From: Bacteroidaceae bacterium
Lineage (GTDB): Bacteria > Bacteroidota > Bacteroidia > Bacteroidales > Bacteroidaceae
DNA: 64,000 bases
Assembly (NCBI GenBank): GCA_017462065.1
Contig: JAFTRV010000067.1
Coordinates: 3,237 to 67,236, forward strand
Reading direction: 5' to 3'
The stretch's first letter is position 1. Each line of letters begins with the position of its first letter. The notes below the pieces were generated by a model. It had not been told where the DNA came from and made no database searches. It saw only the letters and a list, made by a program, of their open reading frames with translations. Made by a program: the position numbers and the translations under genes. Below, piece by piece: positions 49,401 to 57,996 of this stretch.

Positions 49401-49958
49401 GCGAACGAAATTGCTAACGGCAGCACTACCACAGACCCAGAGGGTGAGCGTGTATTCTTCGCAGGAAGCGTGCGTGCAGGTACACCGGCTTTTGAGACAA
49501 GTGGTGTTTCCTACACATTCACAGTTCCTACGAATGCAACACCGGGACAGAGCTGCTTGCGTATAGTATTCTCTGACGCATGGTTCCCCGCAGCATTCAA
49601 CCCAACCGGTTATCACAACAAGGGCTTCTCCATTGACTTTGGTGTTGAAATCGAAGGTTCTAACCCAGGCCGTGTTATTGTGAACACACGCGACCAGGGC
49701 GAGGCTGAGCAGCCTGAGGGCATTGGCGATTCTACGACAAATGTAGACGAGGTTGCGGCAGAGGGCATCTCAGCAGCTGAGGGCGTTGAAGGCGCAATTA
49801 ATATCGCAAACGCAGAGAAGGCTTGGGTTTACACTGTAGACGGCAAGTTGGTTGAGTTCGTTAAGAACCCGACACAGATTGCTGTTGAGGCTGGCGTTTA
49901 CCTTGTAAAGATGCAGAACGGCAATATCATCCGTTCAAGCAAGGTGCTTGTAAAGTAA
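46446..49958 (+). CDS. Putative endo-beta-N-acetylglucosaminidase (GH85-like), multidomain, with T9SS C-terminal sorting domain
   Basis: DGINYNWE (an N-x-E catalytic-type motif, as in GH85) after LFGAWNHGIFTVPGAWVDAAHRNG. A GEVED-like segment (GGWIDFNGSGDFD). A C-terminal T9SS CTD-like end (GVYLVKMQNGNIIRSSKVLVK). Confidence 0.55.
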   Translation: MKKITMFVLSLCIVMSAIAQIDTSKEYRIQDTSTGLYLNAADHVAHTEGPIGGVNLAYKAENNEQIFTFEAAGSGYYLKTKSGYYIYCQEWNVDALSSKSLLTFATAGNGNYYIMNGSKYFKTESVSGTYYPFCNAEFSSAATWKLVEKDDNSGSTDNSGDNGTINSTIPTEEVYDFSGFGDEKLLVLFYNALQKGRNYPTMAEFEAAGIQAADLAFVRSHVRKAEIMSRKDRLLSDTYQERDLWMNVPMDAGKAADVGYPCGKFLADVYSMWQYTNLFGAWNHGIFTVPGAWVDAAHRNGTDMMSGIKFFDTTGGRGEGSETYEALITKKDSNGDFMYVKPLINILMFFGSDGINYNWEATGYNDSDVVNFHKQLYKYAAECGFTNYHSGLYTMISSMTAANVDYMFGKTATGKTHDTMLNYSGGAFSVSMATSASAAKAAMGTTKGLYAGVWIASIENRGWTKLNNGLSKEVSLCLWGEHSQSRFYSYNVGDGAFNTQENYQKLLERGFSGGYRNPATRPAIAETGFSWERTATSEALGGFAGLASWIPERSTIQGNLPFKTHFTLGNGDRYYYKGKQSLAGEWYNMSSQDIVPTYRWLRYKANTTTVTDEIDVNYTHIDAYTGGSCINLTGASTSAGTDIIMYKTSLKVAGTNPYAKLAVKTLKNTKASDLYLIVKLQGESSYREFAYGALSGNTWEEKTISLSGISTGKIIERIGLRVKGSNSNYQLYVGKLEINDNRVVTPSNVKDLVAEVKNETKTSMTVKLHWDVNATANTRANWGLVYNDEANISHFEILYKNSENGKVSLVGTTSQWATIIPNIDFESVNDKPYVGVRAVSVDQKTYSPISWVEIPRAAQSSLPAKYKQYGNYGMSTIDVDSDGIANAQNGRYLTYVKTSGATQNLNYTANAPVADGTNYVNARNQVLKVKQGQTVTIQFQAFNTTTAGPFTDKSEPDGLRWCFAGGWIDFNGSGDFDKPLPTERTANEIANGSTTTDPEGERVFFAGSVRAGTPAFETSGVSYTFTVPTNATPGQSCLRIVFSDAWFPAAFNPTGYHNKGFSIDFGVEIEGSNPGRVIVNTRDQGEAEQPEGIGDSTTNVDEVAAEGISAAEGVEGAINIANAEKAWVYTVDGKLVEFVKNPTQIAVEAGVYLVKMQNGNIIRSSKVLVK

Positions 49959-49982
49959 GAAAATCAAGCTATAGACAATTGG

Positions 49983-50014
49983 GAGAGCGACTAATTCGGT
50001 CGCTCTCTCTTTTT
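49983..50014 (+). terminator. Rho-independent terminator
   Basis: GAGAGCGAC ... GTCGCTCTC followed by TCTTTTT. Confidence 0.65.
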
Positions 50015-50064
50015 ATATATCTTTTTTATATACCTTTGCCGAAGACACAATCAAAAAGAACACC

Positions 50065-51354
50065 ATGCAAAAGATAAGCACAAGAAAAGGATTGACGGCG
50101 CTTTCGCCAATCATTGTACTGCTGACGGTATACCTCGCAGGCTCAATCATGGCAGGAGACTTCTATAAGATACCTATTACCGTAGCATTCCTCGTTGCGT
50201 CGGCATATGCCGTTGCCGTCACCCGCAAAAGCAGCCTGAGCGAACGCATTGAGAGTTTCTCGCGGGGCGTGGCGAATACAAGCATACTATACATGATTTG
50301 GATATTCGTGCTTGCCGGAGCGTTCGCATCGCTCGCAAAAGCGATGGGAGCTGTGGACGCTACCGTAAGCCTGACGCTAAGCCTTATCCCCGGAAAGTTT
50401 CTCCCGGCGGGCATTTTCATCGCCACCTGCTTCATTTCGCTCTCCATAGGCACCTCTGTCGGCACCATTGTCGCATTGACACCCGTGGTGACGGCGCTTG
50501 CGGCGGAGATGAACTGCGATGTAGCATGGCTCGCGGCCATTGTCGTAGGCGGCGCATTCTTCGGCGACAACCTGTCGTTCATTTCGGACACCACCATCGC
50601 CGCCACGCAGACGCAGGGCTGCTCAATGAGCAGCAAGTTCCGCACGAACCTGAAGCTTGTCACGCCTGCGGCCTTTGTGACATTGCTGATATATACGTTT
50701 TCGGGCAACGGCATAGAGAACGCAAGCGTTGAGCAGATAGGATTCTTGGAGTCGCTCAAATGCATTCCCTACATAATTGTCATCGTGTGCGCTCTTGCAG
50801 GCATGAACGTGCTGCTCGTGCTTGTAACGGGCATTGTCATAGCTGCGTGCATGGGCCTTGCGTACGGAACGATTGACGGCATTGCCGTGTTCACGGAGAT
50901 GGGCAACGGAATAACGGGCATGAGCGAGCTCATAATGGTGACAATGCTTGCCGGAGGCCTGCTTGAGATTGTCAGAATAAACGGAGGCATTGACTACATT
51001 ATTCAGGTTGTCACCAAGCGGGTGAAGTCAAAGCGTACCGCCGAGCTTGCCATTACCATGCTAACGGCCCTGGCGAACGTATGCACGGCAAACAACACTA
51101 TAGCCATTCTTACGGTAGGAAACATATCACGCAACATATCGCAGGAGTTCGGCATAGAGCCTCGCAGGTCGGCAAGCCTCATGGACACGACATCGTGCTT
51201 TGTCCAGGGCGTCATTCCCTATGGCGCGCAGCTGCTCATGGCGTCGGGGCTTTCAAGGATTTCGCCATTGGAGATTATACCCCACCTCTACTACCCTATG
51301 CTCATAGGAGGTATGGTGCTGCTTTCTATTATCATTAAAAGAAAAACGGCTTGA
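50065..51354 (+). CDS. NhaC-family Na+/H+ antiporter
   Basis: Polytopic membrane protein of 429 aa. Its sequence character is that of the NhaC family. Confidence 0.7.
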   Translation: MQKISTRKGLTALSPIIVLLTVYLAGSIMAGDFYKIPITVAFLVASAYAVAVTRKSSLSERIESFSRGVANTSILYMIWIFVLAGAFASLAKAMGAVDATVSLTLSLIPGKFLPAGIFIATCFISLSIGTSVGTIVALTPVVTALAAEMNCDVAWLAAIVVGGAFFGDNLSFISDTTIAATQTQGCSMSSKFRTNLKLVTPAAFVTLLIYTFSGNGIENASVEQIGFLESLKCIPYIIVIVCALAGMNVLLVLVTGIVIAACMGLAYGTIDGIAVFTEMGNGITGMSELIMVTMLAGGLLEIVRINGGIDYIIQVVTKRVKSKRTAELAITMLTALANVCTANNTIAILTVGNISRNISQEFGIEPRRSASLMDTTSCFVQGVIPYGAQLLMASGLSRISPLEIIPHLYYPMLIGGMVLLSIIIKRKTA

Positions 51355-51366
51355 GATATAACAAAA

Positions 51367-51397
51367 AAAGCGAGGTTTTCATTGAAAACCTCGCTTT
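51367..51397. terminator. Bidirectional terminator
   Basis: AAAGCGAGGTTTTC-ATT-GAAAACCTCGCTTT between convergent genes. Confidence 0.75.
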
Positions 51398-51416
51398 AAG
51401 CATTCCTTTACGCAGA

Positions 51417-51686
51417 TTATCTACGCAAGCCGAGCTTAGCTACAATAGCACGGTAGCGGTTGATGTCACGGTCCTTAAGATAGTTAAGGAGCGAACGGCG
51501 CTTACCTACCAACATTGTCAAAGCTCTCTGTGTGCTATAATCTTTACGGTTAGCCTTAAGGTGCTCCGTCAAATGGGCAATACGGTATGAGAACAAAGCA
51601 ATCTGGCTCTCAGCTGAACCAGTATCAGTGTTAGACGTTCCGTATGTGCCAAAGATCTCTTTCTTTTTCTCAGAATCCAAATACAT
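51417..51686 (-). CDS. rpsO: 30S ribosomal protein S15
   Basis: GSAESQIALFSYRIAHLTEHLK ... KDYSTQRAL, classical S15. Confidence 0.95.
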   Translation of the reverse strand: MYLDSEKKKEIFGTYGTSNTDTGSAESQIALFSYRIAHLTEHLKANRKDYSTQRALTMLVGKRRSLLNYLKDRDINRYRAIVAKLGLRR

Positions 51687-51883
51687 AGATTTGATGTTTT
51701 AAATGATTAAAAATTCTTTTAGCGGATGCAAAGATACAGCTAATTTCCGAATTAGCAACCTTTCTTCGACGAAAAACTTAAAAAATATTGTTTATGCGTA
51801 CTTTACAGAAAAGACGATACCGCTTACAAACAGAGGGTGACCCCGAAAGCCACCCTCTTGTATTGTAAAGTGTATTCCGTTAG

Positions 51884-54679
51884 TTATTCCACTACAACCT
51901 TCACGTTCCACTCGCCTGCACGCACGATATACACGCCCGCAGGGACATTGATGCAGGCTTGCTCGGCGACGAATGCGTCCGCCACGACCTGACCAAGCAT
52001 ATTTACTATCTGGACATTGCCCGAATGGCCGCTCACAGCAATATTGCCGCATGAAGCCTTGATGCTTATTGAGCCATCTACAGCAGATACAGCTGTCGTT
52101 TCGCCGGCCACTCTCACGATGAAATCGCACTGGCAACCGCCATTCTTCTTTATATCGGCATCGCCGTCAGGGTCGAGGTTGCTCCAGTCTATTTTTATAC
52201 GCATGCGGTAGTCGCCTGACTGCAGGTCGGCAGGGAGAACGAACGAAGGCAAGCCCTTGCTGCCGTTATAGCTGTTTTCGTTAGCATGTTCTGCATCCGA
52301 TAAATTGCCATGGCTGTCATAGCCGGTATTGTTGCCTGACAAGCTGTAAAAATTGTACGAAACGAGTTCGCCGCCGGTTGTTCCGTCTGCATTCAGAACC
52401 TTGTCGAACACTCCATCAACACTGTAGTCGATATACGCATAGGCATGCATCCACCAACCGACCCATGTGAATGAAGTGAAGGAAAGTTCGGCTCCGGGAG
52501 CCGTCTCAAAAACAAGATGTGTCTTGTCTGAATACATTGGAGAATAGAATGCCGGCTGTATCGCTGTCACCTCAAGAGATGACGCCCCGTCGGTAATCGC
52601 GAACGAGTCGAAACGACGTCCTTCGTGGCTTGAATTGCCTTCGATATGTGTATATTCCACGATGCCGCTATCTACGAATTTAGCGACATATTCAAGGTCT
52701 TCGCTCACCGTAACGGTGTATGGATTTTCTGTGCTTACGACACTATTGTCGAGAAGCCAGCCTGAAAATTTGTATCCGTCGGCCGGGGTCGCTTCGAGCT
52801 GTGCCTCTTCTCCGTCCCAAACAATGGCTGATACCTCACCATTGACCGTTGCCGTACCGCCTTCGGTTGCCGAAACCGTTACAGTGTACTGCACCTCCTC
52901 GGGAAAGCCGACAAGGGTGCCTGTATGACCGTTGCCTGAGATATCCTCGACCTCGTAGCCCACGATATTCTCAAAGTCATAAGCGGCGACAAGAGCGTCG
53001 GTTCCGGAGCTTACCGTAGCGGTCCTGTCCGATGCCACATCGGCTGCCGATAGAGCCTTGCTGTAGAAACGGACGTCATCCATGTATCCTGTGGTAAAGA
53101 AAGCCGGCTCCACGGCATGACCGTCATTGGTCGTATAACCGGCGCCGACAAGGATATCCGCTTTTGAGGGCATGCCAAGCGTCGGCATGCCGGTCTTTGT
53201 TTCCTTAAGGACTCCATCGACATAGAGATATGTCGTCGTTCCGTCCAGAACCCAAGCAAGGTGTGCCCAAACATTCTCACTTAGACCTGTTTGCCATACA
53301 AAGCTGTTGCCCCATGGCTTGCCGTCATAAGAGAGATTTACTGAGACAGCCTGCGAAGGGCTGTTGCCACCACACAGGTCGAAGCCTGTAGTGCCGCTAT
53401 TGTCGGTACCCTCGTATGCACGGTTATTTACAAAACGCATATTAGAGCCATTCACATACTTCGGGATTTTCACCTTGCATGTAACGGTAAAGCCGGCCTC
53501 GCCCCCGGCAGGCACGTCAAAGGCTGTGGAATTGGCGATGCTCATGTAGCGTGAGCCGTTGAGGTCGAGCACGCCCTCTGTCATTGGAACTACGGGCTCC
53601 TTGCCGTTGAGCAGCCAGTCGAGCGTGAAGTTATAGTATGCAAGGTTGAAGCCGTCCGCCCCGGGCAAGCCGCCATCCCATTTGCCCTCTTCAATTACAA
53701 TGCCTATCGTGCCGTCGTCAAGCACAGCCAATGAAGAGTAAGCCGAATAGCCTGTATATACCTGACGCTTGATGTCCCAATTAGCGCCGCCATCGGAGCT
53801 GAGATAGACAGTCACGTTCTCGCGCGTTGAGGAACTTCCGGGCATTGAGTGCAACAGATAGTACTTTCCATCATGCTCATATCGTATCATGTCGCCATTG
53901 CAAGCCGGGTCAAGAACGTCTGTGTTCTGTGCGGCGGCAGTCCATGTCTCGCCGCCGTCGGTAGAGCGTGAGAAAAGGCGGTAGCCTTTGTTGCGGTTCT
54001 TTATACTCATGACAATGTCACCGTTCTCTGCCTCCGCGACCTTAGCCTCATCGCCGTTGCTGCATGCATAATTCTTTGAGACATTCCATGTAGCGCCGTT
54101 GTCGTCGGAGTATATCGCATAGTTATGCATGACGCCGCCCCAACTACCGTCGGCACGCGCGGCCACCACGAACATAAGGCGGCCCGCCTTGCTTCCCTTC
54201 TTAAGCTGCAGGCCATTGCCTGAGCCGGCAAAGAGACCTATCCAACTGTTCCTTGAGCCGTAGATGCCGTTATATACCGCTTCGGAGATATCTTCGGGGG
54301 CAGTCCACGTTACGCCGTTGTCCGAGCTTACCGATTTGTAAAGACGCAACGGATAGCTTGAATTCGACGCCCAAAGACCTACACAGTTCGTACCATAGTT
54401 CTCATTTCCTACGAATACCGAAACAAGATTGCCGGTCTCTTCGTCCAACACCACCGCCGGGTCGCCGTACGTAGTGCCTGCAGTAGCGTCTCCCCCGGCT
54501 ATCGTAACCATTTCGCCCCATGTCTTTCCGCCGTCGGCGCTTCGCTTGGCAACGACGCTTATGATGTTAGGCAAGTCGCCCAACGCATCGCCTCGTTTGT
54601 CGGCAAGAACCACCAATGAGCCGTCCTTAGCCTTTACAAGCGCCGGAATTCGGTAGAACTTTGAGCCGGCCTCGTTCAT
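51884..54679 (-). CDS. GH33 exo-alpha-sialidase with LamG-like, B-repeat and GEVED-like domains and a T9SS C-terminal sorting domain. Its signal peptide is cut off by an in-frame TAG (see findings)
   Basis: YRIPALV (RIP motif). Five Asp-boxes: SADGGKTW, SSDNGVTW, SDDNGATW, STDGGETW, SSDGGANW. C-terminal CTD: GVYIVRAGEWNVKVVVE. Confidence 0.85.
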   Translation of the reverse strand: MNEAGSKFYRIPALVKAKDGSLVVLADKRGDALGDLPNIISVVAKRSADGGKTWGEMVTIAGGDATAGTTYGDPAVVLDEETGNLVSVFVGNENYGTNCVGLWASNSSYPLRLYKSVSSDNGVTWTAPEDISEAVYNGIYGSRNSWIGLFAGSGNGLQLKKGSKAGRLMFVVAARADGSWGGVMHNYAIYSDDNGATWNVSKNYACSNGDEAKVAEAENGDIVMSIKNRNKGYRLFSRSTDGGETWTAAAQNTDVLDPACNGDMIRYEHDGKYYLLHSMPGSSSTRENVTVYLSSDGGANWDIKRQVYTGYSAYSSLAVLDDGTIGIVIEEGKWDGGLPGADGFNLAYYNFTLDWLLNGKEPVVPMTEGVLDLNGSRYMSIANSTAFDVPAGGEAGFTVTCKVKIPKYVNGSNMRFVNNRAYEGTDNSGTTGFDLCGGNSPSQAVSVNLSYDGKPWGNSFVWQTGLSENVWAHLAWVLDGTTTYLYVDGVLKETKTGMPTLGMPSKADILVGAGYTTNDGHAVEPAFFTTGYMDDVRFYSKALSAADVASDRTATVSSGTDALVAAYDFENIVGYEVEDISGNGHTGTLVGFPEEVQYTVTVSATEGGTATVNGEVSAIVWDGEEAQLEATPADGYKFSGWLLDNSVVSTENPYTVTVSEDLEYVAKFVDSGIVEYTHIEGNSSHEGRRFDSFAITDGASSLEVTAIQPAFYSPMYSDKTHLVFETAPGAELSFTSFTWVGWWMHAYAYIDYSVDGVFDKVLNADGTTGGELVSYNFYSLSGNNTGYDSHGNLSDAEHANENSYNGSKGLPSFVLPADLQSGDYRMRIKIDWSNLDPDGDADIKKNGGCQCDFIVRVAGETTAVSAVDGSISIKASCGNIAVSGHSGNVQIVNMLGQVVADAFVAEQACINVPAGVYIVRAGEWNVKVVVE

Positions 54680-55104
54680 TTCAAATACAGGAACACGCTA
54701 CAAAGCGTCTTGTCCCCATGCCGTAACTGTCGCCAATGAAATCAGCAACATAGAAAATAGTTTTCTCATAAATTAAGGTATTAGATTAGGTTATAAATTT
54801 TACAGTATTTACATCAAAGCGGCATACGTGCCCCCTTCCGCATGCCCTGCAAGAGCCGCAGACCATGCGGCTTGCATCTCAATGAAGGGCACAACATCTA
54901 ATTTTCACAAATATACAATATTATTTTATATTATTCATATTTAACGATATAATTAGTCAAAGACTTGTTTTCACACAAAATATCGGGCCTCGCAAACACT
55001 ATTATGGCCTTTCGGCACTGAAATTCGCTCTTTTTGTTGTAACTTTGCAAGTGCAACGCACTTGCGTTCGGGAACAGAGAAAAAGAACAGTTAAAAGACA
55101 ACAT

Positions 55105-56901
55105 ATGCAAAAGATACGAAACATCGCAATCATCGCTCACGTAGACCACGGAAAGACAACGCTCGTAGACAAGCTCATGCTTGCGGGCAACCTACTGAAA
55201 GAGCAGGACAACGACAAGCTCACGCTTGACAACAACGAGCTGGAACGTGAGAGAGGCATAACCATTCTTTCAAAGAATGTATCTATCCAATACAAGGACA
55301 CCAAGATAAACATCATCGACACTCCGGGACACAGCGACTTCGGCGGAGAGGTTGAGCGCGTGCTCAACATGGCCGACGGCTGCATTCTGCTTGTAGACGC
55401 ATTCGAGGGCCCCATGCCGCAGACACGTTTCGTGCTGCAGAAGGCGTTGCAGATTGGATTGAAGCCGATAGTTGTCGTGAACAAGGTGGACAAGCCCAAC
55501 TGCCGCCCCGAGGAGGTATACGAAATGGTGTTCGACCTCATGTTCTCGCTCGAGGCGACCGAGGAGCAGCTCGACTTCCCCGTGCTGTACGGCTCGGCGA
55601 AGAACAACTGGATGAGCACTGACTGGCGTAAGGAGACAACAGACCTCACCGCCCTGCTCGACGCTATCATCGAGCATATACCCGCCCCCGAGCAGCTGGA
55701 GGGACCTCCGCAGATGCTCATAACGTCGCTCGACTATTCGCCATACACAGGACGCATCGCCATAGGCCGTGTTCACAGAGGAACGCTCACCGAAGGCGCC
55801 AACATCACGCTCATCAACCGCAACGGCGAGGAGAGCAAGATGAGAATCAAGGAGCTGCACACCTTTGAGGGGCTCGGACGCAAAAGGACCGAGAGCATAA
55901 GCTCCGGCGACATATGCGCAATAGTAGGCCTTGAGAAATTCGAGATAGGCGACACCATATGCGACTTCGAGAACCCCGAGGCGCTGCCTCCCATCGCTAT
56001 CGACGAGCCTACCATGAGCATGCTATTCACCATAAACGACTCGCCGTTCTTCGGCAAGGAGGGCAAGTTCGTGACATCGCGCCACATTCAGGAGCGCCTT
56101 GACAAGGAGCTTGACAAGAACCTCGCCCTGAGGGTGAAGAAAGACCCGGAGGAGGACGCATGGACCGTTTACGGCCGAGGAGTCCTTCACCTTTCGGTGC
56201 TCATAGAGACCATGCGCCGAGAGGGGTATGAGCTGCAGGTAGGACAGCCGCAGGTCATATACAAGGAGATTGACGGAGTACGCCATGAGCCCATCGAGGA
56301 GCTTACCATTAACGTGCCTACCGACTATTCGAGCAAGATTATCGACATGGTGACGCGCCGCAAGGGCGAGATGCTCTCAATGGAGGCGCAGGCCGACAGA
56401 GTGAACATCGAGTTCAACATCCCTTCACGAGGCATCATCGGGCTACGCACCAACGTGCTTACAGCGTCGGCAGGCGAGGCCATCATGGCGCACCGCTTCA
56501 AGGAGTACCAGCCATACAAGGGCGAGATTGAACGCCGCACCAACGGCTCTATGGTCGCCATGGAGAGCGGCACTGCGTTCGCATACGCCATTGACAAGCT
56601 CCAGGAGCGAGGCAAGTTCTTCATAAGCCCGCAGGAGGAGGTGTACGCCGGACAGGTCGTAGGCGAGCATATCCACGACAACGACCTTGTAATAAACGTC
56701 ACAAAGAGCAAGAAGCTTACCAACATGCGTGCCAGCGGCTCTGACGACAAGGCAAGAATAATCCCGCCCACGATATTCTCGCTCGAGGAGGCTTTGGAGT
56801 ATATAAAAGAGGACGAATACCTTGAGGTTACTCCCAAGTCGATGCGCATGAGAAAAATCATTCTCGACGAACTGGAACGCAAACGTGCCAACAAGCAGTA
56901 A
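55105..56901 (+). CDS. typA: Translational GTPase TypA/BipA
   Basis: IRNIAIIAHVDHGKTTLVD, DTPGHSDFGGEVER, NKVD. ATG at 55105 is preferred. Confidence 0.95.
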   Translation: MQKIRNIAIIAHVDHGKTTLVDKLMLAGNLLKEQDNDKLTLDNNELERERGITILSKNVSIQYKDTKINIIDTPGHSDFGGEVERVLNMADGCILLVDAFEGPMPQTRFVLQKALQIGLKPIVVVNKVDKPNCRPEEVYEMVFDLMFSLEATEEQLDFPVLYGSAKNNWMSTDWRKETTDLTALLDAIIEHIPAPEQLEGPPQMLITSLDYSPYTGRIAIGRVHRGTLTEGANITLINRNGEESKMRIKELHTFEGLGRKRTESISSGDICAIVGLEKFEIGDTICDFENPEALPPIAIDEPTMSMLFTINDSPFFGKEGKFVTSRHIQERLDKELDKNLALRVKKDPEEDAWTVYGRGVLHLSVLIETMRREGYELQVGQPQVIYKEIDGVRHEPIEELTINVPTDYSSKIIDMVTRRKGEMLSMEAQADRVNIEFNIPSRGIIGLRTNVLTASAGEAIMAHRFKEYQPYKGEIERRTNGSMVAMESGTAFAYAIDKLQERGKFFISPQEEVYAGQVVGEHIHDNDLVINVTKSKKLTNMRASGSDDKARIIPPTIFSLEEALEYIKEDEYLEVTPKSMRMRKIILDELERKRANKQ

Positions 56902-57993
56902 ATGAGCCGAAGAGTCCTCACATACCTTATGCTGCTTCTCGTCATAGCTTCATGCGGCAATGGCGAGAGCATGCATTATACCATAAAGGGCAAGGCCGGC
57001 GAGGACAGTTGCAAGATACTCATCTTTGGCCTCGACGGCCGATTCGAGAGAGTCGATTCCATTATCACGAACGGGCACGGCAGGTTCACATACTCCATCG
57101 AGACCGACACCGTAATACCTCTTGCCATGCTAATGCCCGACAACAGCATGGTAACGCTTTACGCCGAGCCGGGCGTGAAAGCGAAAATTTCACGCGACAC
57201 CATCAGGCAGCACGGATGGAGTGTCACGGGAGGGGCTACGCAGTCGCTCCACGACAGCATTTTTACACTGCTCGAGGAGTGCAGGAACGACAAGCAGAGG
57301 CTTGACTCTATCGAAAGCTTCATAAAAAGACACCCTGTCAGCGACGTGAACATAGAGATTCTGCGCCGCTGCTTCATCGAAAAGCCCGCACCGGACAATT
57401 CACAGATAAGAAGCCTAATATCAAAGTTAGGCGGCATACTGCAGGACCACGAATACTTGGTGACGACCAACAAGAGCATTGAGAAAAAGAACAGCAACAC
57501 CCTGCATAGGCTTTTCCCGTCGTTCACATACACCACGGCCGACAGCTGCAAGGAGGTTACGTTAAGCACCTTCAACAAGAAGTTCCTTTTAGTGACATTC
57601 TGGGCTCCGTGGGACGAAAGGAGCATTGGCGAGATGGGCAAGCTGCGCCAGCTCAGAGACAGCGTCAAGAGCAAGAATTTCGAGATTCTGAACATTGCCC
57701 TGGAGTACGACACCGCCGCATGGAAAAAGAGAGTGGAGGGGGACAGCATCATCGGGAACAATGTCTGCGAGACAGAGGCCTTCAGCAGCGAGATTGCCAA
57801 CAAGTTCAACATCGGCGCCCTGCCCTACTCAATACTCGTGAACCCCTACCAAAGAATTGTCAGATTCGACATAAGGCTCGGAGAGGACGGCAGCCTCATC
57901 GACTCGCTTGCGACAAAGTACGACAAAGAGCAGGAGATGCGGAAAAAAGAGAAAGAGAAAAAGGAAAAACGGAAACCATCAAAACGCAAATAA
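56902..57993 (+). CDS. TlpA/thioredoxin-fold lipoprotein lacking the CXXC active site, with a Lys-rich tail
   Basis: Lipobox LLVIASC. LLVTFWAPWDERSIGEM aligns with the usual FWASWCGPC motif, but both Cys are absent. Confidence 0.7.
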   Translation: MSRRVLTYLMLLLVIASCGNGESMHYTIKGKAGEDSCKILIFGLDGRFERVDSIITNGHGRFTYSIETDTVIPLAMLMPDNSMVTLYAEPGVKAKISRDTIRQHGWSVTGGATQSLHDSIFTLLEECRNDKQRLDSIESFIKRHPVSDVNIEILRRCFIEKPAPDNSQIRSLISKLGGILQDHEYLVTTNKSIEKKNSNTLHRLFPSFTYTTADSCKEVTLSTFNKKFLLVTFWAPWDERSIGEMGKLRQLRDSVKSKNFEILNIALEYDTAAWKKRVEGDSIIGNNVCETEAFSSEIANKFNIGALPYSILVNPYQRIVRFDIRLGEDGSLIDSLATKYDKEQEMRKKEKEKKEKRKPSKRK

Positions 57994-57996
57994 AAG

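Noticed and set aside
54698-54700. Genome-wide TAG reassignment as the explanation for the in-frame amber in the sialidase
   Set aside because: TAG appears to terminate at least one host gene in this window (the DUF4271-like gene, 60830-60832) and two element genes (6810-6812 and 8053-8055). Nothing else in the window requires read-through. A mutation, a sequencing error or a local event is more likely.
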